DNA from: Propionibacterium ruminifibrarum | GTDB lineage: Bacteria > Actinomycetota > Actinomycetes > Propionibacteriales > Propionibacteriaceae | NCBI RefSeq assembly: GCF_900289195.1 | Contig: NZ_OMOH01000016.1 | Span: forward strand, 1-16,527 | Length of the DNA stretch: 16,527 bases | Direction of reading: 5' to 3' | Shown: positions 1 to 7,667 of the stretch, piece after piece | Position numbering within the stretch: the stretch's first letter is position 1 | Layout of the letters: each line of letters begins with the position of its first letter | The notes under the pieces: model-generated | Told to the model about the DNA's origin: nothing | What the model saw: only the letters and a program-made list of their open reading frames with translations | Databases searched by the model: none | Made by a program: the position numbers and the translations under genes

Positions 1-291
1 TTTCTGACAGTGGACGACTTCGCAATCCCCACTCAACCAGCAAGGCCCTCCCATGCGTTCACACCCCTGGATCACAGTCCTTCAACCAACCAGCCCGATC
101 AGTACAGCTAACCACGTTGTCGTGTCCCAGACCGACCCGCTTTGGTGGTGACCACCTCACCGGCCAGGAAGGCGGCCGTCGCGGCCCCGGCCACCATCGC
201 ATCCACCGCCGCAGGGGATGCGACGGACTGCGAGCTGAAGCATCCGGGCGGTCGACCGTCGGCGAGCACCTGGACGGGCCGGAGCACGTTC

Positions 292-321
292 TTGGCCGGG
301 CGCGTCTGCGACCCGTAGTCT
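292..321 (+). promoter_or_regulatory. Putative leaderless promoter of paralog 1 (-35-like TTGGCC 292-297, 18-nt spacer, -10 TAGTCT 316-321, 7 nt to ATG 329)
   Basis: TAGTCT fits the actinobacterial -10 consensus TANNNT and ends 7 nt before the ATG. There is no Shine-Dalgarno sequence in between. The same geometry recurs at all five paralogs. Confidence 0.45.
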
Positions 322-328
322 CGTCACC

Positions 329-961
329 ATGACTTGGAGCAACCCCACCCCGGCGGCAAACGCCTCACTGGCCAAGGGAGCCGCGATCGCAGCACTGGTC
401 TATCACGGCCTCGCCCTCGCCCTGTTCGCGTTCTTCGCGTCCGCCCTCTCGTCGCTGCTCCTCTCCTTCGCGTCCCTCCCCACCGACAACGACCTGGGCA
501 GTCTCCCCCGCGATCTGTCAGCCGCACTCACGGTGATGCTCGTCCTCTTCCTCATCATCCTCGGCTCACCCGTCGCGCTGTCGGTCTGGATGCTCGTCGC
601 CGCGAACCGAGGCCGCCCCGGGCAGGTACTCGCCGCCCTCCTCCTCTACGCCACACCCTTCGTCCTCTTCCTGCTCACCGGGACGGTCATAGCCGTCGCA
701 AACGACCAGGGGAACTCGCTCCTCAGCTTCTACACCAGCGGCCTGCCCGATGCCGCCATCATCATCGTCGGCTGGGTCGGCTGGTGGCAGATGAGACGCC
801 CGCCCGCGGCGCCCGCCATCGGCCAGCCCCCGTACCAGGTGCAGCAGCCGATCCCCTACACCGCACCCGCGCAGCAGTACGCGCCGCCGTATCAGGGCAC
901 GCCCCAGACGCCTCAGCCTCCGCCGCAACCGGGGCAGGGCTCACCGTGGGGCCTGTCCTAG
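329..961 (+). CDS. Paralog 1 (type A) of an unrecognised four-TM membrane protein family with a Pro/Gln/Tyr-rich C-terminal tail; hypothetical protein
   Basis: 210-aa ORF with four hydrophobic segments. N-terminal motif NASLAKGAAIAALVYHG, central LSVWMLVAANRGR, C-terminal-TM motif GWVGWWQMRRPP, then tail PPYQVQQPIPYTAPAQQYAPPYQGTPQTPQPPPQPGQGSPW. Homologous to ORFs at 8013, 8854, 9491 and 10413. Confidence 0.8.
   Translation: MTWSNPTPAANASLAKGAAIAALVYHGLALALFAFFASALSSLLLSFASLPTDNDLGSLPRDLSAALTVMLVLFLIILGSPVALSVWMLVAANRGRPGQVLAALLLYATPFVLFLLTGTVIAVANDQGNSLLSFYTSGLPDAAIIIVGWVGWWQMRRPPAAPAIGQPPYQVQQPIPYTAPAQQYAPPYQGTPQTPQPPPQPGQGSPWGLS
755..949 (+). repeat. Left copy of a 195-nt direct repeat (3' end of paralog 1), about 94% identical to 10848-11042
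   Basis: Ungapped alignment by eye gives 11 mismatches in 195 nt. Homology ends abruptly at 949/950. Confidence 0.8.
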
Positions 962-1317
962 GAACGGTGTCAATGGCTCCATCGCCCGTCAAGGAGCCAT
1001 GACGACCGGGGGCAGCAGCCACCAGCAGTAGCCCGTCGACCGTGGGGTTGGCCAGACTGGAGGCCATGACCCCGACACCACCACCAGAGGAGTCGGCGGA
1101 GCCGGACATGGCCCGGCGTGAGGCGATCGCGCAGATGGTGCGCCGGGCCAAGGACGCCGGTACCGCCCTGATGGCCCGCTCAAGGCGTTGACCATGAAGG
1201 CCGTCGACGAGATGACCACCTGGATGGCCCGGCCGTTGGAGCCCATCCACACAGCGGTGTTCATCGACGCGATTCGAGAATCAAAGTGCGTGACGGGCAG
1301 GGCGGCACGGGCCGAGG
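950..1317 (+). mobile_element. IS256-family (Mutator-type) insertion sequence remnant; transposase pseudogene with frameshifts and a large internal deletion
   Basis: ATG at 1066, preceded by GGAGG, opens MTPTPPPEESAEPDMARREAIAQMVRRAKDAGTAL and then hits a stop. A shifted frame continues PLKALTMKAVDEMTTWMARPLEPIHTAVFIDAIR, and another shift gives VRDGQ. The LLKALT segment and the W..RPL....VFIDAI.VKVRDGQ segment are spaced far apart in intact IS256-type transposases (~400 aa). Only ~85 codons remain here. The left boundary is placed where paralog 1/5 homology breaks (950). The right boundary is approximate, and no terminal inverted repeats were identified. Confidence 0.55.
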
Positions 1318-2145
1318 TCAGCTCTCGGCCGTCACGGGCTCGTCACCGGCGACGATGACGTCCGGGCTCCTCCTGCGCAACTCCGAGACGATCGGCCCGG
1401 GGGTTCCCGAATCCACGATGACATGGTCGAACTCGCCGACGTCGGCGAACCGGAAGATTCCCCTCCTGGTGAATTTCGCATGGTCGGCGAGCAGGACGGA
1501 CTCGTTCCCAGCCCGCAGCATGGCCCTCTTGACCTCTGCCACATCCTCGTAGGGGTGGACACAGGACATGGCCACGATCCCGGGCGCGGACAGGAAACAA
1601 TAATCCGTCGTGATCCTCTTGAGCGCCTCCAGCGTGATGGCCCCCATGGACGAGTGAGCCCACGGTCGGTACTCACCGCCGATGATGACCAGTCCGGACA
1701 CCTTCTCCGATATCGCCTGGTTCGCGATGAGCAACGAATTGGTCACGATCGTCAAGGTGTCGACGCGATCGAGGGACCTGAACAGCCACACCCCGGCGCT
1801 GGAGTCGTCAAGGAGGACGGAACTGCCGGGCGCGACGAGCGAGGCCCCGGCCCGGGCGATGATCCTCTTCTCCTCCGCGCCCTGCTCCACCCTGAAAATG
1901 GCGTCGACCGCGTGAAGGCCGTTCACGACGGCGACGATGCGCCCCCGATTCCTGCGCAACACGCCACAGTCCTCAAGAATGCTCACGTCACGGTAGATCG
2001 TCATCACCGATACGCCGATGAGACCGGCGAGTTCCTCCGCAGTTGCGGCGTCACCAGTCATGACAGCCTTGGCAATGGCCAGCTGGCGAGCACGAACACT
2101 CATTCCAGAGGATCGGCCCTCCTGGTTCTCCCTCATTGTCATCAC
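1318..2145 (-). CDS. DeoR-family transcriptional regulator (N-terminal HTH plus DeoR C-terminal sugar-phosphate sensor domain)
   Basis: MSVRARQLAIAKAVMTGDAATAEELAGLIGVSVMTIYRDVSILEDCGVLRRNRG is a typical DeoR HTH. The C-terminal part (ILLDDSSAG...IVTNSL...GGEYRP...) is DeoR-C-like. The start is ambiguous: GTG 2145, ATG 2142 or 2136, or ATG 2103 (MSVRAR...). Confidence 0.85.
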   Translation of the reverse strand: MMTMRENQEGRSSGMSVRARQLAIAKAVMTGDAATAEELAGLIGVSVMTIYRDVSILEDCGVLRRNRGRIVAVVNGLHAVDAIFRVEQGAEEKRIIARAGASLVAPGSSVLLDDSSAGVWLFRSLDRVDTLTIVTNSLLIANQAISEKVSGLVIIGGEYRPWAHSSMGAITLEALKRITTDYCFLSAPGIVAMSCVHPYEDVAEVKRAMLRAGNESVLLADHAKFTRRGIFRFADVGEFDHVIVDSGTPGPIVSELRRRSPDVIVAGDEPVTAES

Positions 2146-2215
2146 ATCCTCGACAGATGACCGAACCGATGCTACAGAGAGATCATCCCCGCTTCATGGC
2201 CGAACACCGCACTTT

Positions 2216-2240
2216 GAGGCCCGCAGGGCGGCCGGGCCTC
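2216..2240 (-). terminator. GC-rich hairpin downstream of the isomerase gene (candidate intrinsic terminator, no U-tract)
   Basis: GAGGCCCG (2216-2223) and CGGGCCTC (2233-2240) form a perfect 8-bp stem with a 9-nt loop. It lies 30 nt past the stop at 2270. Confidence 0.35.
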
Positions 2241-2269
2241 TTCAGGCTTCTGCTGCCCCTCGACGAGCC

Positions 2270-3100
2270 TCACGGCCCACCCGCCCTCTCCGCCTGGCCA
2301 CGCTCGGACACCGGCAACCAACCCAGTGGATCCGAGTCCCCCGCGGGGTCGTACTCGAGACCCACATACCCGGAGTAGCCCAGGTCGACCAGTGCCCCGA
2401 GGATGTTGGCGAAGTTGAGCTCCCCGGTTCCCGGGCGCCCTCTGGTGGGGACATCGGCGATCTGCACGTGCCCGATGCGACCCATGATCCTGGAAAGGGT
2501 CGAGATGACATTCCCCTCCGTCAGCTGAGCGTGGTAAACGTCGTAGAGGAGCACGACGTTGTCGCTCCGACAGGCCTCCACCACTCGCATCGCCTCGTCA
2601 GTGTCGCGGCACGCGTAGTTCCGGTGCGCAGACCTGTTGAGGGGCTCGACGAGAATCCTCCTGCCCTGCGCGCACGCCTCGAGCGCGGCCCAGCGCATGT
2701 TCTCGACGAGGCAGTCCATTCCGACGGCTCGGCTCCGATCCCCGGGAATGTCCCCGGCCAGTACGTTGATGTCGTCGCAATCGGAAAGCACCGCGAAGTC
2801 GAGCGCCTCGAGGAACCGGGCGCGCCATTCTTCCACCCGGTCCGGGTCGGCCGCGAAGCCGCGCTCGCCCTGCGCATAATCGCCCTCGTACATGTTGAAC
2901 ATGGATATCCGGACGTGCTCGCGCCGAGCGGCCGCGGCCACCTGCCGGTAATCGACTCCGGCGGGCCAGAACAACTCAACGGCTCCGAAGCCGTCCTGTC
3001 TGGCGGCGGAAAACCTCTCGAGCAGCGGGCGGTCCGTGTGGAACCAGCCCAAGCTGAGGGAGTAGGAGAACCTCCTCCCCCGCGGATGAATCGTTGCCAT
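2270..3100 (-). CDS. Hydroxypyruvate isomerase family protein (Hyi/OtnI-like, xylose-isomerase-like TIM barrel)
   Basis: Family motifs present: GERG, ILVEPLN, YDVYHAQLTEG, IGHVQIADVPTRGRPGTGELN, GYVGLEYDP. The preferred start is ATG 3100 (MATIHPRG), preceded by GGAGAGAGG. The ORF track extends to 3178, but that extension lacks an RBS. Confidence 0.85.
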   Translation of the reverse strand: MATIHPRGRRFSYSLSLGWFHTDRPLLERFSAARQDGFGAVELFWPAGVDYRQVAAAARREHVRISMFNMYEGDYAQGERGFAADPDRVEEWRARFLEALDFAVLSDCDDINVLAGDIPGDRSRAVGMDCLVENMRWAALEACAQGRRILVEPLNRSAHRNYACRDTDEAMRVVEACRSDNVVLLYDVYHAQLTEGNVISTLSRIMGRIGHVQIADVPTRGRPGTGELNFANILGALVDLGYSGYVGLEYDPAGDSDPLGWLPVSERGQAERAGGP

Positions 3101-3229
3101 GGCCTCTCTCCGTTGCACAATTGATTCAGCGTGACGAGTCAGGAATGGACGGCCCCCGCCCGGGACCTCGCAGCCCACCGCGAGACGTGTTCATGGCACG
3201 ACAGGGCAGAGATCTGTCAGGGGGTTGCG

Positions 3230-3239
3230 TTTCTGAAAA
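3230..3239. promoter_or_regulatory. TTTCTGAAAA motif upstream of the isomerase gene, identical to one arm of the 7644-7667 palindrome (candidate operator half-site)
   Basis: An exact 10-mer is shared with 7658-7667. Both copies sit in intergenic DNA roughly 120-170 nt upstream of minus-strand genes. The motif is AT-rich within GC-rich sequence. Confidence 0.3.
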
Positions 3240-3371
3240 AGTTCTGTGGGCAAGTTCCCGTGATCGGTCATGCCGTCGTGATCCGTTCTTCCAGCGGGCC
3301 GGCTGGACGCCGTCCCGGCCCGGACGCGATGTCCTGGCCCTGTGCCCGCCCGGGGCCGCCCACGTCGACGG

Positions 3372-3406
3372 CCCCGGACACCCGATCGGGCGGCACCCGT
3401 CCGGGG
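3372..3406 (-). terminator. Hairpin immediately after the MFS transporter stop codon (candidate terminator)
   Basis: CCCCGGAC (3372-3379) pairs with GTCCGGGG (3399-3406). The loop contains the self-complementary CCCGATCGGG. There is no U-tract. Confidence 0.3.
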
Positions 3407-3407
3407 G

Positions 3408-4715
3408 TCAAACAGCGGCCTCGTCCTTCGCGGGCGTGGGTGCCACCTCGTCGAGGACGAAGACGATGGAGACGAGCCCGACCACCGCCCACGCGCCGAT
3501 GTAGACCATCATCGCGTTGTACCCGCTGAGACTGACCAGATAGCCGGCGACGACGGGTGAGATGGCACCGAACAGGTTAGTGCAGAACCCGTACACGCTA
3601 TTGGCGACAGCGACGCATTCCTTCCTCGAGACCTCCGCCGGAAGAATCCACGCACAGTTGCCCATGGCAGCCCCGAAGTAACCGATGGAGATGATCACGA
3701 GTCCGGCGAGCTGACCGTGGGCGAAGGGCATGACGAGCACCACCGCGGTGAGAACGAGACCAATCACGATGGGGACCTTGCGGGCGTGTTTCCTGCTCAC
3801 ACCGCGCGCGACCAAGTGGTCACTGATCCATCCCCCGAAGACGATACCGACCAGCGCGCACAGGTAGGGGATCGTGCCCTTGACGCCGCCCCTCAGGCCT
3901 CCCGTCACATCGACGTCGAAGGCCTCGCGCATGTACTTGGGGAGCCAGGTCATGAAGAAGAAGAACGCGGTCGACGTGGCACCGGTGATGATGTACAGGG
4001 CGATGAGACGCCGGTCGCTCAGAACGTACTTCACGTGCTCGCGCGTGGTCCTCCCGGCGCTCCTCTCCTCGCCGCCGCCGGCCTGGATGAGCTCGACCTC
4101 GGTCTTGTTGACCCGCGGCGCCCCCTGCGGGGTGTCGTGCACGACCGCCCGCCAGAACACCGAGACGAGCAGGGTGACGGCACCCGCGAAGACGAAGGCT
4201 CCTCGCCAGCCCCACGCGTGGGTGACGCCGGCAACGATCGGGATGCCGAGAGCGGTGCCGCAGGTGGCCGCGAACTGGTAACTCGAGACCGACTTCGCGC
4301 GCTCAGTGGGCGGGAACCAGCGGCGCACCAGCGTCGCGTTCATCGGGAAGGTCGGTGCCTCGAAGACGCCGAGTCCCAGGCGGCAGGCCATGAGCGACTT
4401 GAACCCGACTGTGCCGCCGCTGAGCAGCGTCATGAGCCCGAAGCCGATGAGGCCCACGAAGCCGACGATCCGCTCCCCGAACTTCTGCATGAGGACGCCG
4501 AAGACCAGGATGACGACCACGATGCCCCAGACGAAGGCCGAGGAGAGCCAGCCGTACTGGACATCGCTCATCCCGAATTCCTTCTGGACCGTCGGTCCGA
4601 CGACGGCGAGCACCGCCCGGTCCAGGTAATTGGCGAAGGTCGCCGCGATCATCGCGGCGAGGACCCAGACCCGGAACCGGGTCGGTCTCGCCTCTTCAAC
4701 AAGTTTCGCTGACAT
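3408..4715 (-). CDS. MFS transporter, anion:cation symporter (ACS) type, likely an acid-sugar or organic-anion importer
   Basis: 435 aa with about 12 hydrophobic segments. The N-terminal FANYLDRAVLAVVGPTVQKEFGMSDVQYGWLSSAF and GLGVFEAPTFP...RWFP..ERA motifs are typical of hexuronate/galactonate/tartrate-type MFS carriers. GAGGG lies 8 nt before the ATG. Confidence 0.85.
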   Translation of the reverse strand: MSAKLVEEARPTRFRVWVLAAMIAATFANYLDRAVLAVVGPTVQKEFGMSDVQYGWLSSAFVWGIVVVILVFGVLMQKFGERIVGFVGLIGFGLMTLLSGGTVGFKSLMACRLGLGVFEAPTFPMNATLVRRWFPPTERAKSVSSYQFAATCGTALGIPIVAGVTHAWGWRGAFVFAGAVTLLVSVFWRAVVHDTPQGAPRVNKTEVELIQAGGGEERSAGRTTREHVKYVLSDRRLIALYIITGATSTAFFFFMTWLPKYMREAFDVDVTGGLRGGVKGTIPYLCALVGIVFGGWISDHLVARGVSRKHARKVPIVIGLVLTAVVLVMPFAHGQLAGLVIISIGYFGAAMGNCAWILPAEVSRKECVAVANSVYGFCTNLFGAISPVVAGYLVSLSGYNAMMVYIGAWAVVGLVSIVFVLDEVAPTPAKDEAAV

Positions 4716-4805
4716 TGATTAACCCTCGATGTTCTTCGTGGGGTCCGGTCCGAGTCCGCCCACGGCCCCGCGTGGACGGCCCGCACCATGACCCGATGGT
4801 TTCGT

Positions 4806-5408
4806 TCATTCCGAGCCGCCGAGGAGGAAGGCGATCATTGCGGTCTCCTCGACCAACTCAGCAAGGTGCTCGGCCGCTATGGGGTCGCGGCCCAGTGCCA
4901 CGAGACCGTGGTCACGCAGGACGAAGGCCATCGGCGCCGACGGCCCAGCAGCGATGACGGACCCGACCCGTGGCCAGTCCTGCGGGGGTACGGCCGCGTG
5001 GTGCACGTCGATCACGGGGAAACCGTTGGGCTGCTTCATCCTGGAGTGCCAGGTGGGCTGGGGGATCCTCTCGTGCGATCTGGCGACGGCGATCGAATAG
5101 GGCGCATGGCAGTGCACGATCGCGTTCACGTCCGGGCGCGTCTCATAAATCCTCGCGTGGAGGAACGCCTCACGAGTCGGTGCGCCCCGCCCGGAGAGCA
5201 CGTTCCCCGAGAGGTCGGTTTCGAGGAAGTCGTCCGCATCGCAGTCGGCCAGGGACGTTCCACTGCGCGTCACGATCATCGAGCGGCTGTCCGGCCCCAC
5301 GCGGGCGCTGACGTTACCCCCGTCGCCGGTCTGGATCCCGCGCCGGTAGGCACGCCGGGCCGCCCTCACGAGCAGTTCCCTCACATCGTCTTGGCCGTCC
5401 ATCGTCAT
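4806..5408 (-). CDS. Class II aldolase/adducin-domain protein (aldolase, epimerase or decarboxylase fold)
   Basis: GNVSAR, the metal-binding VHCHAPY and the later DHG motifs are present. ATG 5408 overlaps the upstream stop as ATGA. ATG 5402 has better spacing from GGAGG and is an alternative start. Confidence 0.85.
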   Translation of the reverse strand: MTMDGQDDVRELLVRAARRAYRRGIQTGDGGNVSARVGPDSRSMIVTRSGTSLADCDADDFLETDLSGNVLSGRGAPTREAFLHARIYETRPDVNAIVHCHAPYSIAVARSHERIPQPTWHSRMKQPNGFPVIDVHHAAVPPQDWPRVGSVIAAGPSAPMAFVLRDHGLVALGRDPIAAEHLAELVEETAMIAFLLGGSE

Positions 5409-6655
5409 TCACCTCCGCACGTGGTCCGGCCGGAGATCCTCGCGAAGAGATCGGCAGCAGCAGTCCCAAATCCCTCTGTGTTCAGGTCGCCCTCGAAGAG
5501 GGTCGTCCTCAAACCGGGCCCTGCGCTCTCGATGATCGCGTCAACCAGCGCCTTGTCGACCTCGGGATCGTGCATCTTCCCGCCTGCCTCGGCCTCGGAG
5601 CGGAGGGCGCCGGTCGGGATCAGCATGTCAACGCCCCGGTGGCTCCCCGCGATCCTGCCGCCGATGACGCGTCCGACCCTTCTCGCCTCCTCAACCGTCA
5701 GCTTGATGTGCGCGAGGTTGCTGTTGTGCAGGACAAACCGGCGCCCCGCCAGGCCAACCGGGAAGTTGTCGGTCCAGTCGTCGATGAAGTCCAGCCCGCC
5801 CGGAGCCAGGAGCACCGGCGCGTCACCGGCCAGGAGCCGCTCCAAACGGCCTTTCGCACCGACCGAGTAGCCGGTTTCCATGACATCGCTGACGATCTCG
5901 TGGAGTGTCATGTCGAGTGCCCCGTGGAGCAGCCCCTCTTCGACGCACTCCTCCATCGTCGGCCCGCCCGAACCCGTGGCGTGGAAGCCCACCGGCTCGA
6001 AACCGAGTTCCCGCAGCCGTCTGATCGCCGCCACGGCGGCGATGTTGGTCACGCCCATCTGGGTCAACCCCACCGACAGCCGGCTCCCCCGCCGGATTCC
6101 CTCCCCCGGGTTCTCGGCGAGAGTGAGCATGCCGGCCAAGCAGGCGCACGCGTTGTCGAGCGTCGTCCGCGTGAACATGTTCACCCCGGCGAGATCGGAC
6201 AGGGACGGGACCACGATGATGTCCCTGTTTCCGGTGACGAGCTGGAATTCCCGTGGTCCGGTGGCCGCCGTGGTCACCATCACCTTGGGCAGACCGATGG
6301 GAAGGCGCCGCATGGCCGAGGTCGCGAGAACGGTGTTCTGGAGTCCTCCGGCCGAGATGATCCCGTGGACCTGCCCCTCCCGGTGGAGACGACAGATGAA
6401 CTCCGCCGCAACAGCGGCCATGAAATCGATCTTCTCTCCCCTGCCGGAACTCGCCAGTGCATTCCACTCGGCGCTGTGAAAACGACGGATCTCATTCGAG
6501 GAGTATCCGGTCCCGGGATCGAGCGGATCGGTGTCGAGGGTCGAGACGTCGATGTAGAAGGGATCGAGGTGGGACGCAGCCAAGCGGGAGAACATGAAGC
6601 GCATCTCCTCCCGTTTGGTGTCCCAGCTACCGACGATCGCTGCTCGTGGTGCCAT
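5405..6655 (-). CDS. UPF0261 family protein (Tm-1-like ATP-binding domain), function uncharacterised
   Basis: Starting at MAPRAAIVGSWDTKREEMRF, it matches the family N-terminus (I.GT.DTK..E). GGLQNTVLATSAMRRLPIGLPKVMVTTAATG matches the conserved GG......AMR.LP.G.PK.MVST core. The start at 6655 is preceded by GGGGGAA. The 516-aa ORF in the track is an Arg/Ser/Thr-rich out-of-frame overlap with the upstream gene. Confidence 0.8.
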   Translation of the reverse strand: MAPRAAIVGSWDTKREEMRFMFSRLAASHLDPFYIDVSTLDTDPLDPGTGYSSNEIRRFHSAEWNALASSGRGEKIDFMAAVAAEFICRLHREGQVHGIISAGGLQNTVLATSAMRRLPIGLPKVMVTTAATGPREFQLVTGNRDIIVVPSLSDLAGVNMFTRTTLDNACACLAGMLTLAENPGEGIRRGSRLSVGLTQMGVTNIAAVAAIRRLRELGFEPVGFHATGSGGPTMEECVEEGLLHGALDMTLHEIVSDVMETGYSVGAKGRLERLLAGDAPVLLAPGGLDFIDDWTDNFPVGLAGRRFVLHNSNLAHIKLTVEEARRVGRVIGGRIAGSHRGVDMLIPTGALRSEAEAGGKMHDPEVDKALVDAIIESAGPGLRTTLFEGDLNTEGFGTAAADLFARISGRTTCGGE

Positions 6656-7472
6656 CGGTTCCCCCAATGATCGGGTTCTCCGCCAGACGATCGGGAAGGG
6701 TCTTGTCGTGCGCGGGAAGGATCTGGTGCCTCTCCTCGACGCGGGCCTTCTGCTTGCGAACGCTGTTCCACGTCGCCACGACGTCGGCGAAGCGGCCCGG
6801 CGGGATGATGTCGTAGTGCAGTTCCGGAATCGGGTCGAGATTGCGCAGATCGAAGAGGGAGTCGCCGGCGCAGATGTAGTTCCGGCCGTCGGCGCAGTCG
6901 ACCTCGACGGAGACGTGCCCCGGCGAGTGCCCGAACGTCTCGAGGATCCTGACACCCGGGATCACCTCGAGCTCGTCACCCTCGACTGGCTCGATGTGCG
7001 TGTTCCCCTTGTAGGGGGCCTCGAGTCCGAGCGCGGGATCCTCGTATGACTTGTAGTACAGGGGGATCGGGTGCTGGGCGAACTCGTATTCGCGCCGGTG
7101 GACGAGCACTCGGGAGTTGTTGAACTTCTCGAGATAGTAGGAATGGTCCCAGTGCAGGTGCGTGAGGATCACAATGTCGATGTCATCGCACGAGTACCCC
7201 ACGCTCTTAAGCATGCTCTCGATGTCCTGTCCCTCATCCTGCCAGGAGCCGGGATGGTGGTACTCATTGGCCCGTTCCGTCCAGGACATCCCCGTGTCGA
7301 CGAGAACGAGCCGATCACCGCCCTCGACGAGAAAAGCATAATCGGGAAGCGGAATCTTCTCGTCCGGGACGTCCCTCAGGTAGGGCTCCGCCGAGAAGTG
7401 GAAATGATACTGAAGAGGCTTGGTCGGGATGAACCCGGTATTCAACGGCCTGATCGTCAGGTTCGATGCCAC
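6627..7472 (-). CDS. MBL-fold metallo-hydrolase (lactonase-like, AiiA/AHL-lactonase-type architecture)
   Basis: HxHxDH motif LTHLHWDHSYY plus a later GHSPGH. The preferred start is GTG 7472, preceded by AGGAGA at 6 nt. The ORF track starts at ATG 7526. The 3' end overlaps the UPF0261 start by 29 nt. Confidence 0.8.
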   Translation of the reverse strand: MASNLTIRPLNTGFIPTKPLQYHFHFSAEPYLRDVPDEKIPLPDYAFLVEGGDRLVLVDTGMSWTERANEYHHPGSWQDEGQDIESMLKSVGYSCDDIDIVILTHLHWDHSYYLEKFNNSRVLVHRREYEFAQHPIPLYYKSYEDPALGLEAPYKGNTHIEPVEGDELEVIPGVRILETFGHSPGHVSVEVDCADGRNYICAGDSLFDLRNLDPIPELHYDIIPPGRFADVVATWNSVRKQKARVEERHQILPAHDKTLPDRLAENPIIGGTDGTTSSDRR

Positions 7473-7643
7473 TTTGCGTCTCCTAAACGAAGTTGTGGAT
7501 AGCGCCGCCACGAGGTATCGCGCCATGGCGGTTCACCCCCGACGTCGACACCCCCTGCGGCACACCAAAATTATTTCCACGAAATGCCCCGGTCAAGCAC
7601 ACCCCATCCCTCAAGACAGGGACTCCCCACAATGTCAGATGTG

Positions 7644-7667
7644 TTTTCAAAAATATATTTCTGAAAA
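7644..7667. promoter_or_regulatory. 24-bp AT-rich near-perfect palindrome TTTTCAAAAATATATTTCTGAAAA, candidate operator (DeoR?) in the divergent intergenic region
   Basis: 22 of 24 positions are self-complementary. It lies in the lowest-GC stretch of the window (about 7560-7860), upstream of the MBL-led minus-strand operon. One arm recurs at 3230-3239. Confidence 0.4.

Noticed and set aside
117-332. 71-aa plus-strand ORF upstream of paralog 1, and possible coding sequence in 1-328
   Set aside because: It is a basic, low-complexity translation with no motifs. It would run through the paralog 1 promoter and overlap its start. No supportable feature could be defined at the left edge of the window.
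157-375. Antisense ORFs crossing the 5' ends of the paralogs (157-375, 7889-8071, 8691-8921, 10109-10459), which look 'conserved' (M.SEAF.AGV...)
   Set aside because: Their similarity simply mirrors conservation of the sense-strand paralog N-termini. They have no start context or RBS, and their composition is typical of shadow ORFs in high-GC DNA.
820-950. Pro/Tyr-rich tails as eukaryote-like PPxY (WW-domain ligand) motifs
   Set aside because: The recurring strings are PPYQ, APPYQ and PIPYT, which do not match strict P-P-x-Y. There is no basis in the sequence for a WW-type interaction.
973-1000. Hairpin ATGGCTCC-(12 nt)-GGAGCCAT just after paralog 1, as a possible terminator
   Set aside because: It has only an 8-bp stem with a large loop and no U-tract. 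It lies inside the presumed IS256 remnant leader, so it is not a native paralog 1 signal. The evidence is too weak to call.
6656-6955. 100-codon N-terminal extension of the UPF0261 ORF (516-aa version in the ORF track)
   Set aside because: The extension is Arg/Ser/Thr/Pro-rich low-complexity sequence lying entirely inside the MBL hydrolase gene in another frame. The UPF0261 family N-terminus (I.G..DTK..E) begins right after Met at 6655, which has its own GGGGGAA RBS.
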